Below, piece by piece: positions 26,012-40,400 of a stretch of 64,000 nucleotides of DNA (position 1 is its first letter; each line of letters opens with the position of its first letter). Where the stretch lies: assembly GCF_963921235.1 (NCBI RefSeq), contig NC_086108.1, positions 9,052,001 through 9,116,000 of the forward strand, given 5' to 3'. The translations under genes were made by a program, and so were the position numbers. The notes beneath the pieces are model-generated. The model saw only the letters and a list, made by a program, of their open reading frames with translations. It searched no databases and was not told where the DNA came from. The stretch comes from Mobula hypostoma. Taxonomy: Eukaryota.

Positions 26012-27029
26012 GATGGCTGGAATTCACACGAATAAGAGGTGACCTCATTGTAACCTATTTAAAGTCGAAAGGCCTCGATACAGTGGAGGTGGAGAGGATG
26101 ATTCCCACGGTGGAGGAGCTTAAGACCAGAGGGGGGCACGGCCTCAGGATAGAGGAATATCCATTTGGAATGGAGAAGAGGAGGAATTTCAGAGAGTGGT
26201 GAATCTGTGGAATTCACTGCCACAGGCCGCTGTGGAGGCTAAATCACTGGGCAGAGGTTGACAGGTTCTTGATTGGTCAGGGCACGAAGGGATACGAGGA
26301 GAAGGATGGAGATTGGGGCTGAGAGGGAAAATGAATCAGTGGTGGTGAAATGGTGGAGCAGACTCGACGGGGCGAATGGCCTAATTCTGCTCCTCTATCC
26401 TACCGTCTCTAACCTAACAACCAGCAGCTCCTTGGACAGTGGAAGGAAACTGGGGCACCTGGTAGAAACCCATGTGGTTATGCGGAGAACGTACAAATTC
26501 CTTACAGTCAGCAGAGGGAACTGACTCTCTGTCACTGGTGCTGTAATAGTGTTGCAACAGCCACTACACTAACACGTTCCTCCAGCCGTCTGCGTACAGC
26601 AAAGGGTTAGGAGGAACAGGCAGGAAAAGGCACAGTCAAAATGTCCAGTGTCTGGATCACGCAAGCAGGAGAGCAGAGAAACTCAGCTGGTCAGGCAGCA
26701 TCTGCGGCGGCAAATGGTAGAAGTTGATGTTTCGGGTTGGGACCTTGGGTCAGCACGAGGGAGTGGGAGAGGGATGCTATGGGCTGGAGGTGAAGGGTAG
26801 AACCAGATTAGGAGAGAGGAGATTAAACCAGGTGCAGGGAGGTGATGGCATGGGAGGGCTGAGCAAAGGGAGAGTGGATCACCCCCCAACTTCCCACCAA
26901 CACGCTGGCTTGTGCACATTCTGTCTCCTTGGCTACTGAGGGGCCAACACAAATTGGGACTTCCCATCTTCCACTTCAGCACTCATAACAGGACTGGATT
27001 TTTCCAGCTCCAATGGAGCGTGCGAGAGG

Positions 27030-27652
27030 AGAACATGGGACGGGAAAGTGGGGTGGGAGAGAGCACGGGATGGAAAAGAGGGGTGGGAGAGAGCGCGGGA
27101 CGGGAGGGTGGGGGAGAGAGCAAGGGACGGGACAGTGGGGTGGGGGAGAGGGGACGGGACGGCGTGGTGAGAGATAGAGCACAGGACGGGACGGGGGGTT
27201 GGGGGGAGTGAGCAAGGGATGGGACGGTGGGGTGGGAGAAGAGCATGGGACGGTGGGAGACAGAGCACAGGACGGGACGGCGGAGGGGAGAGAGAGAACG
27301 GGATGGGACGGCGGGGTGAGAGAGAGAGCACGGGATGGGACGGGGGTGTGGGAGAGAGCATGGGACGGGACGGCGTGGTGAGAGATAGAGCATGGGACGG
27401 GACAGGGGGGTGGGAGAGAGAGCACGGGACAGTGGGGTGGCAGAGAGAGCACGGGATGGGACGGTGGGGTGAGAGAAGAGCACGGGACGGTGGGGTGGGA
27501 GAGAGAGCACGGGACAGTGGGGTGGGAGAGAGAGCAGGGGATGGGACGGTGGGGTGGGAGAAGAGCACGGGACGGTGGGGTGGGAGAAGAGCACGGGACG
27601 GTGGGGTGGGAGAGAGAGCACGGGACGGAACGATGGGGTGGGGGAGAGCACG
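27030..27652. repeat. G/A-rich minisatellite (about 24-30 bp, GAGAGCACGGGACGGTGGGGTGGGA)
   Basis: More than 20 imperfect tandem copies visible. Confidence 0.9.
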
Positions 27653-27876
27653 GTTCAGGTGGATGTTAAACTCACTGAAGCGCTTACCCAAGAGGAAGTG
27701 AGAAGTTGTCCTTCTCACCAGATTTGGACCCCTCAACAGTCACAAAGAAGGCAGAGGACATACAAGGGGGGAGCAGGAGGGGTTGTGGGAACAATGTGAC
27801 CAGAAGGCAGAAACATCGCAGTGGACAGAGAGTGCGCACGCGTGTGCTGCTCACGCCCAGTGGGTATAGGACTCAC

Positions 27877-29757
27877 CTGCTGGAAGAAGACCTGGGCAGT
27901 GTCCTGTCCGACGGCAGGCCCCGAGCCTTGCTGGGTGATGACGACCTTCCCGGCTGGGACAGGGAGGGCAACCGAGTTGCTGCTGCCGGCCTGCGTGAGC
28001 GTCTGGACGTGCGAAGGGGGAGCGGGGGCAGAGGCAGCCTGCACTGCCAGCAGTGAGGTCTGCCCGTTGCCCAGAGCAACCAGGCCACCGGGACCCTGCT
28101 GGGCAGCGCTGGCAGAGGCAGGTGCCTCCCCCGGGCCCAGCACAGCCGAAGCAGCCGCCCCTGCCTGCCCTGGCAGGGTCACGCCCTGGATGACGGCAGG
28201 CGCTGAGGCCTGGTTCTGTGACCCGAGCGACACAGGCATTTGGAAGAGGGCTGGCTGCCCCACCGGGCTGGGCTGCAACTGGATGGGGGCGGAGAGAATG
28301 TGGGTGGCCCCATGGGCTCCCTGGGCAGCGATGACCTGGCCCAGGCTCAGCTGGCCTGCCAGGCCCTGCCCACTCAGGATGTGGGCCGGCAGGGCCTGGT
28401 TGGCGATGATGTGGGTGGCGGAGGGCTGGGCGCCCAGCAGCTGGCCTCCCACACCGGGCTGCAGGGTGGGCAGGGACTGGGGCAGGGACAGGCCATGGCC
28501 GGAAGGCAGCTGCCCCTGCAGCAGGAACTGGCTCTGGCCCTGCAGCACAGCCTGCGGAACCTGCTGGGGCTGGATGACGATGCTGCCCCCCTGCACGTGC
28601 AGGCTGAGGGGCTTGCCGAAGGCGGCAGGCTGGGCGGCCTGCTGGGGCTTGAAGACGGTCGAGGGGATGGTTTGGGGGAAGGCTGCCCCCGAGGCCGAGA
28701 AGACCACGCTCTGGGCTGGCTTGCTTGTCATAAAGGTCAGGTTCTGCTGGGCCTTGGGTGGCGGCGGGGGCTGCTGTGGGGGCTGGTGCGACTGCTGCTG
28801 CTGCTGCAGAGAGGGGGGAGCCTCGGCCTGCACGGTGAAGGGCTTCGAGCTGATCTGGAAGAGCTTGTGCTGCACCAGGCCCGTGCTAGGCTTGGGCTGG
28901 ATGGGGGTGGGAGTGCGCTGGACCACCACACTCTGGGCCTGCATCACGGCCGGGCTGGGGCTGGGCCTGGTCACCCCGCCGGAAGCCCCGGCGAAGAGCG
29001 AGTTGCCATTGAGGGTGGCCGGGCCCGAGGCCTTCTGCAGGACCAGCCCCGCACTGGGCGGGGACACTCCAGATGAGGGGAGGGCCACCCCTGGCTGAGG
29101 CTGGGGCGGCGGCTGAGGCTCGGGGGCGGGTGAGGAGATATAGCTGACCCCCGGCACGCCGCCCACCTGTGTGGGCTGACCGGCCTTGGCGATGACCTGC
29201 TGCCCGGGCTGGTTGATAGCCATCAGCGGCTGACTGGACAGCTGGCCCACCACCTGGATCTGGCTGATGCCCAGCGCCCCCGAGGGGCTCCCATTGGGCA
29301 GCGGCTGTAGCGTCACGTTGCCCAGCCCCACCTGCTGAAGGAAGGGTTGCAGGCTGATGGCCTTGTTCACCACCTGGCCCCCCAGGGCCTGCGGCTGGAT
29401 GAGGGCCTGCTGGGCCAAGACAGGGGGCGGAGGGGCCGGCTGCTGCTGCAGGCCAATCAGGTCGGCGCCGGCGGGGAAGAGCTGGCCGCCGTCAGCCGAC
29501 TGGGACGCCGGCTGCAGCGAGGGGAAGTGCAACGAGGCGATGTCCAGGTCAGCATCCTCCTCCAGCGACTGCTCCGTGATGTTGGCCTCCTGAAGGCTCT
29601 GCTGAAGGATGTCGCAGGGCTGCTCGGAGTTCTGCAGGTTGGAGCCGGACGGCGGCCCCAGGATCTCATCTTCGAGGAAGTCAAGGTCAACCGCGCTGGA
29701 GGAGCTCTGCGTGTGCCCGCTGTTCAGGTGGTTCACCGTCGCATCCTGGACGTTGAG
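27877..29757 (-). CDS. BICRA: BICRA coding exon 4 (large, 1881 nt)
   Basis: Acceptor ttgtctttgcag|CTC, donor CAG|gtgagt. Contains VDLDFLEDEILG, QPCDILQQSLQEANITEQ, QPFLQQVGLGNVTLQP, RTPTPIQPKP, QNLTFM and GQPALFQMPVSL, all matching human BICRA/GLTSCR1. Confidence 0.97.
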
Positions 29758-29855
29758 CTGCAAAGACAAGTCCATCGGTCACTCCCCAGTTATTCCAGTC
29801 CCCGTGATTAAACAGCCCAGGAAGTCAGCGGGTCAGACAATTAGCAAATGAAATC

Positions 29856-30250
29856 TACTCAGTGGCCACTTTATTTGGTACACCTGTATACCTGCTTGTT
29901 AACGCAAATATCTAATTAGCCAATCACGTGGCAGCAACTCAATGCACAAAAGCATGCTGACATGGTCAAGAGGTTCAGAGCAAACATCAGAATGGGGAAG
30001 AAATGTGATCTAAGCGACTTTGACTGTGGAATGATTGTTGGTGCCAGATGGGGCAGTTTGAGCATCTCAGAAGCTGCTGATCTCCTGGGATTTTCACACA
30101 CAACACCGATGAGCTACAGACTATGAACATACACTCAGTGGCCACTTTATTAAGTACAGAAGGCACCCAATAGTGGCCACTGAGTGTCTGACTGTTGGTG
30201 TCAGATGGGGTGGTTTGAGGATCTCAGAAACTGATCTCCTGGGATTTACT
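29856..30250 (+). mobile_element. Tc1 5' remnant plus a 58-bp TIR-only miniature element (30130-30187)
   Basis: TIR CTCAGTGGCCACTTTATT and transposase start MGKKCDLSDFDCGMIVGAR. The miniature element reads ACACTCAGTGGCCACT...AGTGGCCACTGAGTGT. Confidence 0.8.
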
Positions 30251-31054
30251 AATGCATGAGAGAGCGGCAGATGCTGGAATCTGGAGTAAAATATCAAACC
30301 GCTGGGAAAACTCAGTGGGTCAGGCAGCATCTGTGGTGTGGGGAAAGACACAGGCAAGGTTTTGGGCTGTGACAATGCAGGGTCTTAAGGTAGTGACACC
30401 AGATCTGTCAGGATCCAATGTCATGTGTTCTCACAACTGTCTAGCTGTTGCCAAGCCGCTATAAGATGCTTCCTGTGAAAACAGCTCAGCTCTCCGACTG
30501 TGAAAACTCATTCAGTCAGCAGGAAAGATGTGTCGTTTTATCATGGGTGGAGTTTAAAGAATCGAAAGGGCAGAACTGCGTGCTCTATGCCACCTCAAGC
30601 TTTGCATGTGCCATCTGCTTACCACTCCTGTTCCCTTGCTCTATGCGCTCCTTCAACCTTATTTACAACTAACTTTCCCGTCGGTAGGTGACCAAAACTG
30701 CACACAATACTCCAAATTCGGCCTCACCAATGTCTTTTACAACTTCAGCATAACATCCCATACTCAATACTTTTGACTTATGAAGGCCAATGTGCCAAAA
30801 GCTTTATTCTACCCGTGACACCACTTTTAAGGAGTTATGGATCTGTATTCCCGGATCCCTGTGTTCTACCAAACTCCTCAGTGCCCAGCGTCCTCCCAAA
30901 GGGCAACACCTCAGATTTGTCTGCATGAAATTACTTTAATAAAAGAGTGCTCAACCTTTCTGTAGACAGCAGGGATATATTGTTCTGTAGGACCATGATG
31001 GGTCAGTAGGGTCAAGAGAGCTGGGCTCTAAATGGGTGAAGAACAGTGCGTTCA

Positions 31055-31453
31055 AAATTCAAAGTAAATTTATTGTCATAGTGCATACAAGTCACCATAC
31101 ACAACCCTGAGATTTATTTTCTTGTGGGCATACTCAATAAATCTATAGAATAATAACCATAACAATGAAAGACTGCCCAGCTAGTGTGTTCAACTGGTGT
31201 GCAAAGACAATAAACTGTGCAAATACAAAAAAGTAATGATAATAAATAAATAAACAAACAAATAAAGCGCTAAGTATTGAGAACATGAGATGAAGAGGCC
31301 TTGAAAGCGAGTCCATTGGTTGTGGGAACATTTCAACGATAGGGCAAGTGAAGTTGAGTGAAGTTATCCCCTTTGGTTCAGGAGCCTGATTTCCTGAACC
31401 TGGTGGTGTGAGTCCTGACTCTCCTGTACCTTCTTCCTGCAGGCAGCAGTGAG
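31055..31453 (-). mobile_element. L2/Rex-like LINE 3' end (left flank of the array)
   Basis: Reverse complement of the LINE tail also seen at 4090-4510 and 21950-22330. Confidence 0.85.
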
Positions 31454-34400
31454 GGTTGCCGACGGTGGGCAGTGAGGGTCGCTGATGGTGGGTGGTGAGG
31501 GTCGCGGACGGTGGGCGGTGAGGGTCACTGATGATCGGTGGTGATGGTTGCCGACTGTGGGTGGTGAGGGTCGCGGACGGTGGGCGGTGAGGGTCGGTGA
31601 TCGGTGGTGAGGGTCGCTGATGATCGGTGGGTTCACAGACGGTGGGCGGTGAGGGTCGGTGATCGGTGGTGAGGGTCGCTGACAGTGGGCGGTGATGGTC
31701 AGTGATGATCGGTGGTGATGGTCGCTGACGGTGGGTGGTGAGGGTCGGTGATGATGGTCGCTGACGGTGGGTGGTGAGGGTCGGTGATGATGGTCGCGGA
31801 CGGTGGGTGGTGATGGTCGCTGACGGTGGGCGGTGAGGGTTGCGGACGGTGGGCAGTGAGGGTCGGTGATGATTGGTGGTGATGGTCGCTGACGGGCGGT
31901 GAGGGTCGGTGATGATCGGTGGTGAGGGTCGCTGACGGGCGGTGAGGGTCGGTGGTGATGGTCGCTGACGGGCGGTGAGGGTCGGTGATGATCGGTGGTG
32001 AGGGTCACTGATGGTGGGCGGTGAGGGTCGGTGATGATCGGTGGCAATGGTCGCTGACGGGTGGTGAGGGTCGGTGATGATGGTAGCTGACGGTGGGCGG
32101 TGAGGGTCGCGGACGGTGGGCGGTGAGGGTCGCGGACGGTGGGCGGTGAGGGTCGCTGATGATCGGTGGTAATGGTCGCTGACGGTGGGCGGTGAGGGTC
32201 GGTGATGGTCGCGGACGGTGGGTGGTGATGGTCGCTAATGATCGGTGGTGATGGTTGCCGACGGTGGGCGGTGAGGGTCGCGGACGGTGGGCGGTGAGGG
32301 TCGCGGACGGTGGGCGGTGAGGGTCGCGGACGGTGGGTGGTGAGGGTCGCGGACGGTGGGTGGTGAGGGTCGCTGATGTTCGGTGGTGAGGGTCGGTGAT
32401 GATCGGTAGTGATGGTCGCTGACGGTGGGCAGTGAGGGTCGGTGATGGTCGCGGACGGTGGGTGGTGATGGTCGCTAATGATCGGTGGTGATGGTTGCCG
32501 ACGGTGGGCGGTGAGGGTCGCGGACGGTGGGTGGTGAGGGTCGCCGACGGTGGGTGGTGAGGGTCGCCGACGGTGGGTGGTGAGGGTCGCTGATGTTCGG
32601 TGGTGAGGGTCGGTGATGATCGGTGGTGAGGGTCGCTGACGGTAGGTGGTGAGGGTTGCCGACAGTGGGCGGTGAGGGTCGGTGATGATCGGTGGTGAGG
32701 GTCGCTGACGGTAGGTGGTGAGGGTCGGTGATGATCGGTGGTGATGGTTGCCGACAGTGGGCGGTGAGGGTCGGTGATGATCGGTGGTGAGGGTCGCTGA
32801 CGGTGGGTGGTGAGGGTCGGTGATGATCGGTGGTGATGGTCGCTGACGGTAGGTGGTGAGGGTCGGTGATGATCGGTGGTGATGGTTGCCGACAGTGGGC
32901 GGTGAGGGTCGGTGATGATCGGTGGTGAGGATCGCTGACGGTGGGCAGTGATGGTCGCTGACGGTGGGTGGTGAGGGTCGCCAATGGCGGGCGGTGAGGG
33001 TCGCTGATGATCGGTGGTGATGGTCGCTGACGGTGGGCGGTGAGGGTCGGTGGTGAGGGTCGCTGACGGTGGGCGGTGAGGGTCGGTGGTGATGGTCGCT
33101 GACGGTGGGCGGTGAGGGTCGGTGGTGATGGTCGCTGACGGTGGGCGGTGAGGGTCGGTGGTGAGGGTCGCTGACGGTGGGTGGTGATGGTCAGTGATGA
33201 TGGTCGCTGACGGTGGGTGGGGAGGGTCGGTGATGATCGGTGGTGATGGTCGCGGACGGTGGGCGGTGAGGGTCGGTGATGATCGGTGTTGAGGGTCACT
33301 GATGGGTGGTGAGGGTCGGTGATGATCGGTGGTGATGGTCGCTGACGGTGGGTGGTGAGGATCGGTGATGATCGGTGGTGAGGGTCACTGACGGTGGGTG
33401 GTGAGGATCGGTGATGATCGGTGGTGAGGGTCACTGACGGTGGGCGGTGAGGGTCGGTGATGATCGGTGGCGATGGTCGCTGACGGTGGGTGGTGAGGGT
33501 CGGTGATGGTCGCTGACGGTGGGTGGTGAGGGTCGCGGACGGTGGGTGGTGATAGTTGCCGACGGTGGGCAGTGAGGGTCGCTGATGATCGGTGGTGATG
33601 GTTGCCGATGGTGGGTGGTGAGGGTTGCGGCCGGTGGGTGGTGAGGGTCGCTGATGATCGGTGGTGATGGTTGCCGACTGTGGGTGGTGAGGGTCGCGGA
33701 CGGTGGGCGGTGAGGGTCGCTGATGATCGGTGGTGATGGTTGCCGATGGTGGGTGGTGAGGGTCGGTGATGATCGGTGATGATGGTTGCCGACTGTGGGT
33801 GGTGAGGGTCGCGGACGGTGGGCGGTGAGGGTCGGTGATGATCGGTGGTGATGGTTGCCGACTGTGGGTGGTGAGGGTCGCGGACGGTGGGCGGTGAGGG
33901 TCGCTGATGATCGGTGGTGATGGTTGCCGATGGTGGGTGGTGAGGGTCGCGGACGGTGGGCGGTGAGGGTCGGTGATGATCGGTGGTGAGGGTCACTGAT
34001 GGTGGGCGGTGAGGGTCGGTGATGATCGGTGGTGAGGGTCGCTGACGGGCGGTGAGGGTCGGTGACGATCGGTGGTGAGGGTCGCTGATGGTGGGTGGTG
34101 AGGGTCGCCGATGGCGGGCGGTGAGGGTCGGCGATGGTGGATGGTGAGGGTCGGTGATGATCGGTGGTGAGGGTCGCTGACGGTGGGCGGTGAGGGTCGG
34201 TGATGGTCGCTGACGGTGGGTGGTGATGGTCGCTGATGGTGGGTGGTGAGGGTCGGTGATGATCGGTGGTGAGGGTCGCCGATGGCGGGCGGTGAGGGTC
34301 GGCGACGGTGGATGGTGAGGGTCGCTGATGATCGGTGGTGAGAGTCGCGGACGGTGGGCGGTGAGGGTCGGTGATCGGTGGTGAGGGTCGCTGATGATCG

Positions 34401-37400
34401 GTGGGTTCACAGACGGTGGGCGGTGAGGGTCGGTGATCGGTGGTGAGGGTCGCTGACAGTGGGCGGTGATGGTCAGTGATGATCGGTGGTGATGGTCGCT
34501 GACAGTGGGTGGTGAGGGTCGGTGGTGAGGGTCGCGGACGGTGGGTGGTGAGGGTCGGTGATGGTCGCTAATGATCGGTGGTGATGGTTGCCGACGGTGG
34601 GCGGTGAGGGTCGCGGACGGTGGGTGGTGAGGGTCGCGGACGGTGGGTGGTGAGGGTCGCTGATGTTCGGTGGTGAGGGTCGCTGATGATCGGTAGTGAT
34701 GGTCGCTGACGGGCGGTGAGGGTCGGTGATGGTCGCGGACGGTGGGTGGTGATGGTCGCTAATGATCGGTGGTGATGGTTGCCGACGGTGGGCGGTGAGG
34801 GTCGCGGACGGTGGGTGGTGAGGGTCGCTGAAGTTCGGTGGTGAGGGTCGGTGATGATCGGTGGTGAGGGTCGCTGACGGTAGGTGGTGAGGGTTGCCGA
34901 CAGTGGGTGGTGAGGGTCGGTGATGATCGGTGGTGAGGGTCGCTGACGGTAGGTGGTGAGGGTCGGTGATGATCGGTGGTGATGGTTGCCGACAGTGGGC
35001 GGTGAGGGTCGGTGATGATCGGTGTTGAGGGTCGGCGATGGTGGATGGTGAGGGTCGCTGATGATCGGTGGTGAGTGTCGCTGACGGTGGGTGGTGAGGG
35101 TCGGTGATGATCGGTGGTGAGGGTCGCTGACGGTGGGTGGTGAGGGTCGGTGATGATCGGTGGTGATGGTCGCTGACGGTAGGTGGTGAGGGTCGGTGAT
35201 GATCGGTGGTGATGGTTGCCGACAGTGGGCGGTGAGGGTCGGTGATGATCGGTGGTGAGGATCGCTGACGGTGGGCAGTGATGGTCGCTGACGGTGGGTG
35301 GTGAGGGTCGCCAATGGCGGGCGGTGAGGGTCGCTGATGATCGGTGGTGATGGTCGCTGACGGTGGGCGGTGAGGGTCGGTGGTGAGGGTCGCTGACGGT
35401 GGGCGGTGAGGGTCGGTGGTGATGGTCGCTGACGGTGGGCGGTGAGGGTCGGTGGTGATGGTCACTGACGGTGGGCGGTGAGGGTCGCTGACGGTGGGCG
35501 GTGATGGTCAGTGATGATGGTCGCTGACGGTGGGTGGGGAGGGTCGGTGATGATCGGTGGTGATGGTCGCAGACGGTGGGCGGTGAGGGTCGGTGATGAT
35601 CGGTGTTGAGGGTCACTGATGGGTGGTGAGGGTCGGTGATGATCGGTGGTGATGGTCGCTGACGGTGGGTGGTGAGGATCGGTGATGATCGGTGGTGAGG
35701 GTCACTGATGGTGGGCGGTGAGGGTCGGTGATGATCGGTGGCGATGGTCGCTGACGGTGGGTGGTGAGGGTCGGTGATGGTCGCTGACGGTGGGTGGTGA
35801 GGGTCGCGGACGGTGGGTGGTGATAGTTGCCGACGGTGGGCGGTGAGGGTCGCTGATGATCGGTGGTGATGGTTGCCGATGGTGGGTGGTGAGGGTTGCG
35901 GCCGGTGGGTGGTGAGGGTCGCTGATGATTGGTGATGATCGGTGGTGATGGTTGCCGACTGTGGGTGGTGAGGGTCGCGGACGGTGGGCGGTGAGGGTCG
36001 CTGATGATCGGTGGTGATGGTTGCCGATGGTGGGTGGTGAGGGTCGCGGACGGTGGGCGATGAGGGTCGGTGATGATCGGTGGTGAGGGTCGCTGATGGT
36101 GGGCGGTGAGGGTCGGTGATGATCGGTGGTGAGGGTCGCTGACGGTGGGCGGTGAGGGTCGGTGACGATCGGTGGTGAGGGTCGCTGATGGTGGGTGGTG
36201 AGGGTCGCCGATGGCGGGCGGTGAGGGTCGGCGATGGTGGATGGTGAGGGTCGCTGATGATCGGTGGTGAGGGTCGCTGACGGTGGGCGGTGAGGGTCGG
36301 TGATGATGGTCGCTGACGGTGGGTGGTGATGGTCGCTGATGGTGGGTGGTGAGGGTCGGTGATGATCGGTGGTGAGGGTCGCCGATGGCGGGCGGTGAGG
36401 GTCGGCGACGGTGGATGGTGAGGGTCGCTGATGATCGGTGGTGAGGGTCGCGGACGGTGGGCGGTGAGGGTCGGTGATCGGTGGTGAGGGTCGCTGATGA
36501 TCGGTGGGTTCACAGACGGTGGGCAGTGAGGGTCGGTGATCGGTGGTGAGGGTCGCTGACAGTGGGCGGTGATGGTCAGTGATGATCGGTGGTGATGGTC
36601 GCTGACGGTGGGTGGTGAGGGTCGGTGATGATGGTCGCGGACGGTGGGTGGTGAGGGTCGGTGATGGTCGCGGACAGTGGGTGGTGATGGTCGTTGACGG
36701 TGGGCGGTGAGGGTTGCGGACGGTGGGCAGTGAGGGTCGGTGATGATTGGTGGTGATGGTCGCTGACGGGCGGTGAGGGTCGGTGATGATCGGTGGTGAG
36801 GGTCGCTGACGGGCGGTGAGGGTCGGTGATGAGGGTCACTGACGGTGGGCGGTGAGGGTCGGTGATGATCGGTGGTGAGGGTCACTGATGGTGGGCAGTG
36901 AGGGTCGGTGATGATCGGTGGCAATGGTCGTTGACGGGTGCTGACGGTGGGCGGTGAGGGTCGCGGACGGTGGGCGGTGAGGGTCGCGGACGGTGGGCGG
37001 TGAGGGTCGCGGACGGTGGGCGGTGAGGGTCGCGGACGGTGGGCGGTGAGGGTCGCAGCCGGTGGGTGGTGAGGGTCGCTGATGATCGGTGGTGAGGATC
37101 GCTGACGGTGGGTGGTGAGGGTCGGTGATGATCGGTGGTGATGGTTGCCGACGGTGGGTGGTGAGGGTCGGTGATGATCGGTGGTGATGGTTGCCGACGG
37201 TGGGTGGTGAGGGTCGCGGACGGTGGGTGGTGAGGGTCGGTGATGATCGGTGGTGAGGGTCGCGGACGGTGGGTGGTGAGGGTCGGTGATGATCGGTGGT
37301 GAGGGTCGCGGACGGTGGGTGGTGAGGGTCGGTGATGATTGGTGGTGATGGTCGCTGACGGGCGGTGAGGGTCGGTGATGATGGTCGCTGACGGTGGGTG

Positions 37401-40400
37401 GTGAGGGTCGCGGATGGTGGGCGGTGAGGGTCGGTGATGGTCGGTGGGTGGTGAGGGTCGCGGACGGTGGGTGGTGAGGGTCGCAGCCGGTGGGTGGTGA
37501 TGGTCGCTGACGGTGGGTGGTGAGGGTCGGTGATGATCGGTGGTGATGGTCGCTGACGGTGGGTGGTGAGGGTCACTGATGGTGGGCGGTGAGGGTCGGT
37601 GATGATCGGTGGTGAGGGTCGCTGACGGTGGGTGGTGATGGTCGCTGACGGTGGGCGGTGAGGGTCGGCGACGGTGGATGGTGAGGGTCGCTGATGATCG
37701 GTGGTGAGGGTCGCGAACGGTGAGCGATGAGGGTCGGTGATGATCGGTGGTGATGGTCACAGACGGTGGGTGGTGATGGTCGCTGACGGTGGGTGGTGAG
37801 GGTCGGTGATGATGGTCACAGACGGTGGGCGGTGAGGGTCGGTGATGGTCGTGGACGGTGGGTGGTGATGGTTGCTAATAATCGGTGGTGATGGTCGCTG
37901 ACAGTGGGTGGTGATGGTCGCTGACGGTGGGCGGGGCGGTGGTGAGGGTCGCTGACGGTGGGTGGGGAGGGTCGGTGATGATCAGTGGTGATGGTCGCGG
38001 ACGGTGGGCTGTGAGGGTCGGTGATGATCGGTGGTGAGGGTCACTGACGGATAGTGAGGGTCGGTGGTGATGGTCGCTGACGGTGGGTGGGGAGGGTCGG
38101 TGATGATCGGTGGTGAGGGTCGCGGACGGTGGGTGGTGAGGGTCGGTGATGATTGGTGGTGATGGTCGCTGACGGGCGGTGAGGGTCGGTGATGATGGTC
38201 GCTGACGGTGGGTGGTGAGGGTCGCGGACGGTGGGCGGTGAGGGTCGGTGATGGTCGGTGGGTGGTGAGGGTCGCGGACGGTGGGTGGTGAGGGTCGCAG
38301 CCGGTGGGTGGTGATGGTCGCTGACGGTGGGTGGTGAGGGTCGGTGATGATCGGTGGTGATGGTCGCTGACGGTGGGTGGTGAGGGTCACTGATGGTGGG
38401 CGGTGAGGGTCGGTGATGATCGGTGGTGAGGGTCGCTGACGGTGGGCGGTGAGGGTCGGCGACGGTGGATGGTGAGGGTCGCTGATGATCGGTGGTGAGG
38501 GTCGCGAACGGTGAGCGATGAGGGTCGGTGATGATCGGTGGTGATGGTCACAGACGGTGGGTGGTGATGGTCGCTGACGGTGGGTGGTGAGGGTCGGTGA
38601 TGATGGTCACAGACGGTGGGCGGTGAGGGTCGGTGATGGTCGTGGACGGTGGGTGGTGATGGTTGCTAATAATCGGTGGTGATGGTCGCTGACAGTGGGT
38701 GGTGATGGTCGCTGACGGTGGGCGGGGCGGTGGTGAGGGTCGCTGACGGTGGGTGGGGAGGGTCGGTGATGATCAGTGGTGATGGTCGCGGACGGTGGGC
38801 TGTGAGGGTCGGTGATGATCGGTGGTGAGGGTCACTGACGGATAGTGAGGGTCGGTGGTGATGGTCGCTGACGGTGGGTGGGGAGGGTCGGTGATGATCA
38901 GTGGTGAGGGTCACTGATGGTGGGCGGTGAGGGTCGGTGATGATCGGTGGCGATGGTCGCTGACGGTGGGTGGGGAGGGTCGGTGATGATCAGTGGTGAG
39001 GGTCACTGATGGTGGGCGGTGAGGGTCGGTGATGATCGGTGGCGATGGTCGCTGACAGTGGGTGGTGAGGGTCGGTGATGATGGTCGCTGACGGTGGGTG
39101 GTGAGGGTCGCGGACGGTGGGCAGTGAGGATCGGTGATGGTCGCGGACGGTGGGTGGTGATGGTCGCCGATGGTGGGCAGTGAGGGTCGCTGATGATCGG
39201 TGGTGATGGTTGCCGATGGTGGGTGGTGAGGGTTGCGGCCGGTGGGTGGTGAGGGTCGCTGATGATCGGTGGTGAGGGTCGGTGGTGATGGTTGCCGACG
39301 GTGGGAGGTGAGGGTCGCCGACGGTGGGTGGTGAGGGTCGGTGATGATCGGTGGGCGGTGAGGGTCCGTGATGATTGGTGGTGATGGTCGCGGACGGTGG
39401 GTGGTGAGGGTCGGTGATGGTCGCGGACGGTGGGCGGTGAGGGTTGCGGACGGTGGGTGGTGAGGGTCGGTGATGATCGGTGGGCGGTGAGGGTCGGTGA
39501 TGATTGGTGGTGATGGTCGCGGACGGTGGGTGGTGAGGGTCGGTGATGGTCGCGGACGGTGGGCGGTGAGGGTTGCGGACGGTGGGCGGTGAGGGTCGCT
39601 GATGATCGGTGGTGATGGTCGCGGACGGTGGGTGGTGAGGGTCGGTGATGGTCGCGGACGGTGGGCGGTGAGGGTTGCGGACGGTGGGCGGTGAGGGTCG
39701 CTGATGATCGGTGGTGATGGTTGCCGACGGTGGGTGGTGAGGGTCGCCGACGGTGGGCGGTGAGGGTCGGTGATGATCGGTGGTGATGGTCGCTGATGGT
39801 GGGTGGTGAGGGTCGGTGATGATGGTCACGGACGGTGGGTGGTGAGGGTCGGTGATGGTCACGGACGGTGGGTGGTGATGGTCGCGGACGGTGGGCGGTG
39901 AGGGTCGCGGACGGTGGGCGGTGAGGGTCGCGGACGGTGGGCGGTGAGGGTCACGGACGGTGGGCGGTGAGGGTCGGTGATGATTGGTGGTGATGGTCGC
40001 TGACGGGCGGTGAGGGTCGGTGATGATGGTCGCTGACGGTGGGTGGTGAGGGTCGCGGACGGTGGGCGGTGAGGGTCGGTGATGGTCGGTGGGTGGTGAG
40101 GGTCGGTGATGATCGTTGGTGATGGTTGCCGACGGTGGGTGGTGAGGGTTGCGGGTGGTGAGGGTCGGCGACGGTGGGTGGTGAGGGTCGGTGATGATGG
40201 TCGCGGACGGTGGGTGGTGAGGGTCGGTGATGGTCACGGACGGTGGGTGGTGATGGTCGCGGACGGTGGGCGGTGAGGGTCGCGGACGGTGGGCGGTGAG
40301 GGTCGCGGACGGTGGGCGGTGAGGGTCGGTGATGATTGGTGGTGATGGTCGCTGACGGGCGGTGAGGGTCGGTGATGATGGTCGCTGACGGTGGGTGGTG

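Noticed and set aside
26933..27799. Overlapping Pro/Ser-rich and Gly/Glu/Arg-rich ORFs
   Set aside because: Translations of the 27030-27652 minisatellite.
27733..29775. 680-aa ORF as a standalone single-exon gene
   Set aside because: The true boundaries are the splice sites at 29757 and 27877; MDLSLQ and the tail after FFQQ are intronic read-through.
27821..29851. Plus-strand ORFs of 425, 278 and 154 aa opposite the large BICRA exon
   Set aside because: Antisense shadow ORFs expected from GC-rich codon usage, with no recognisable domain.
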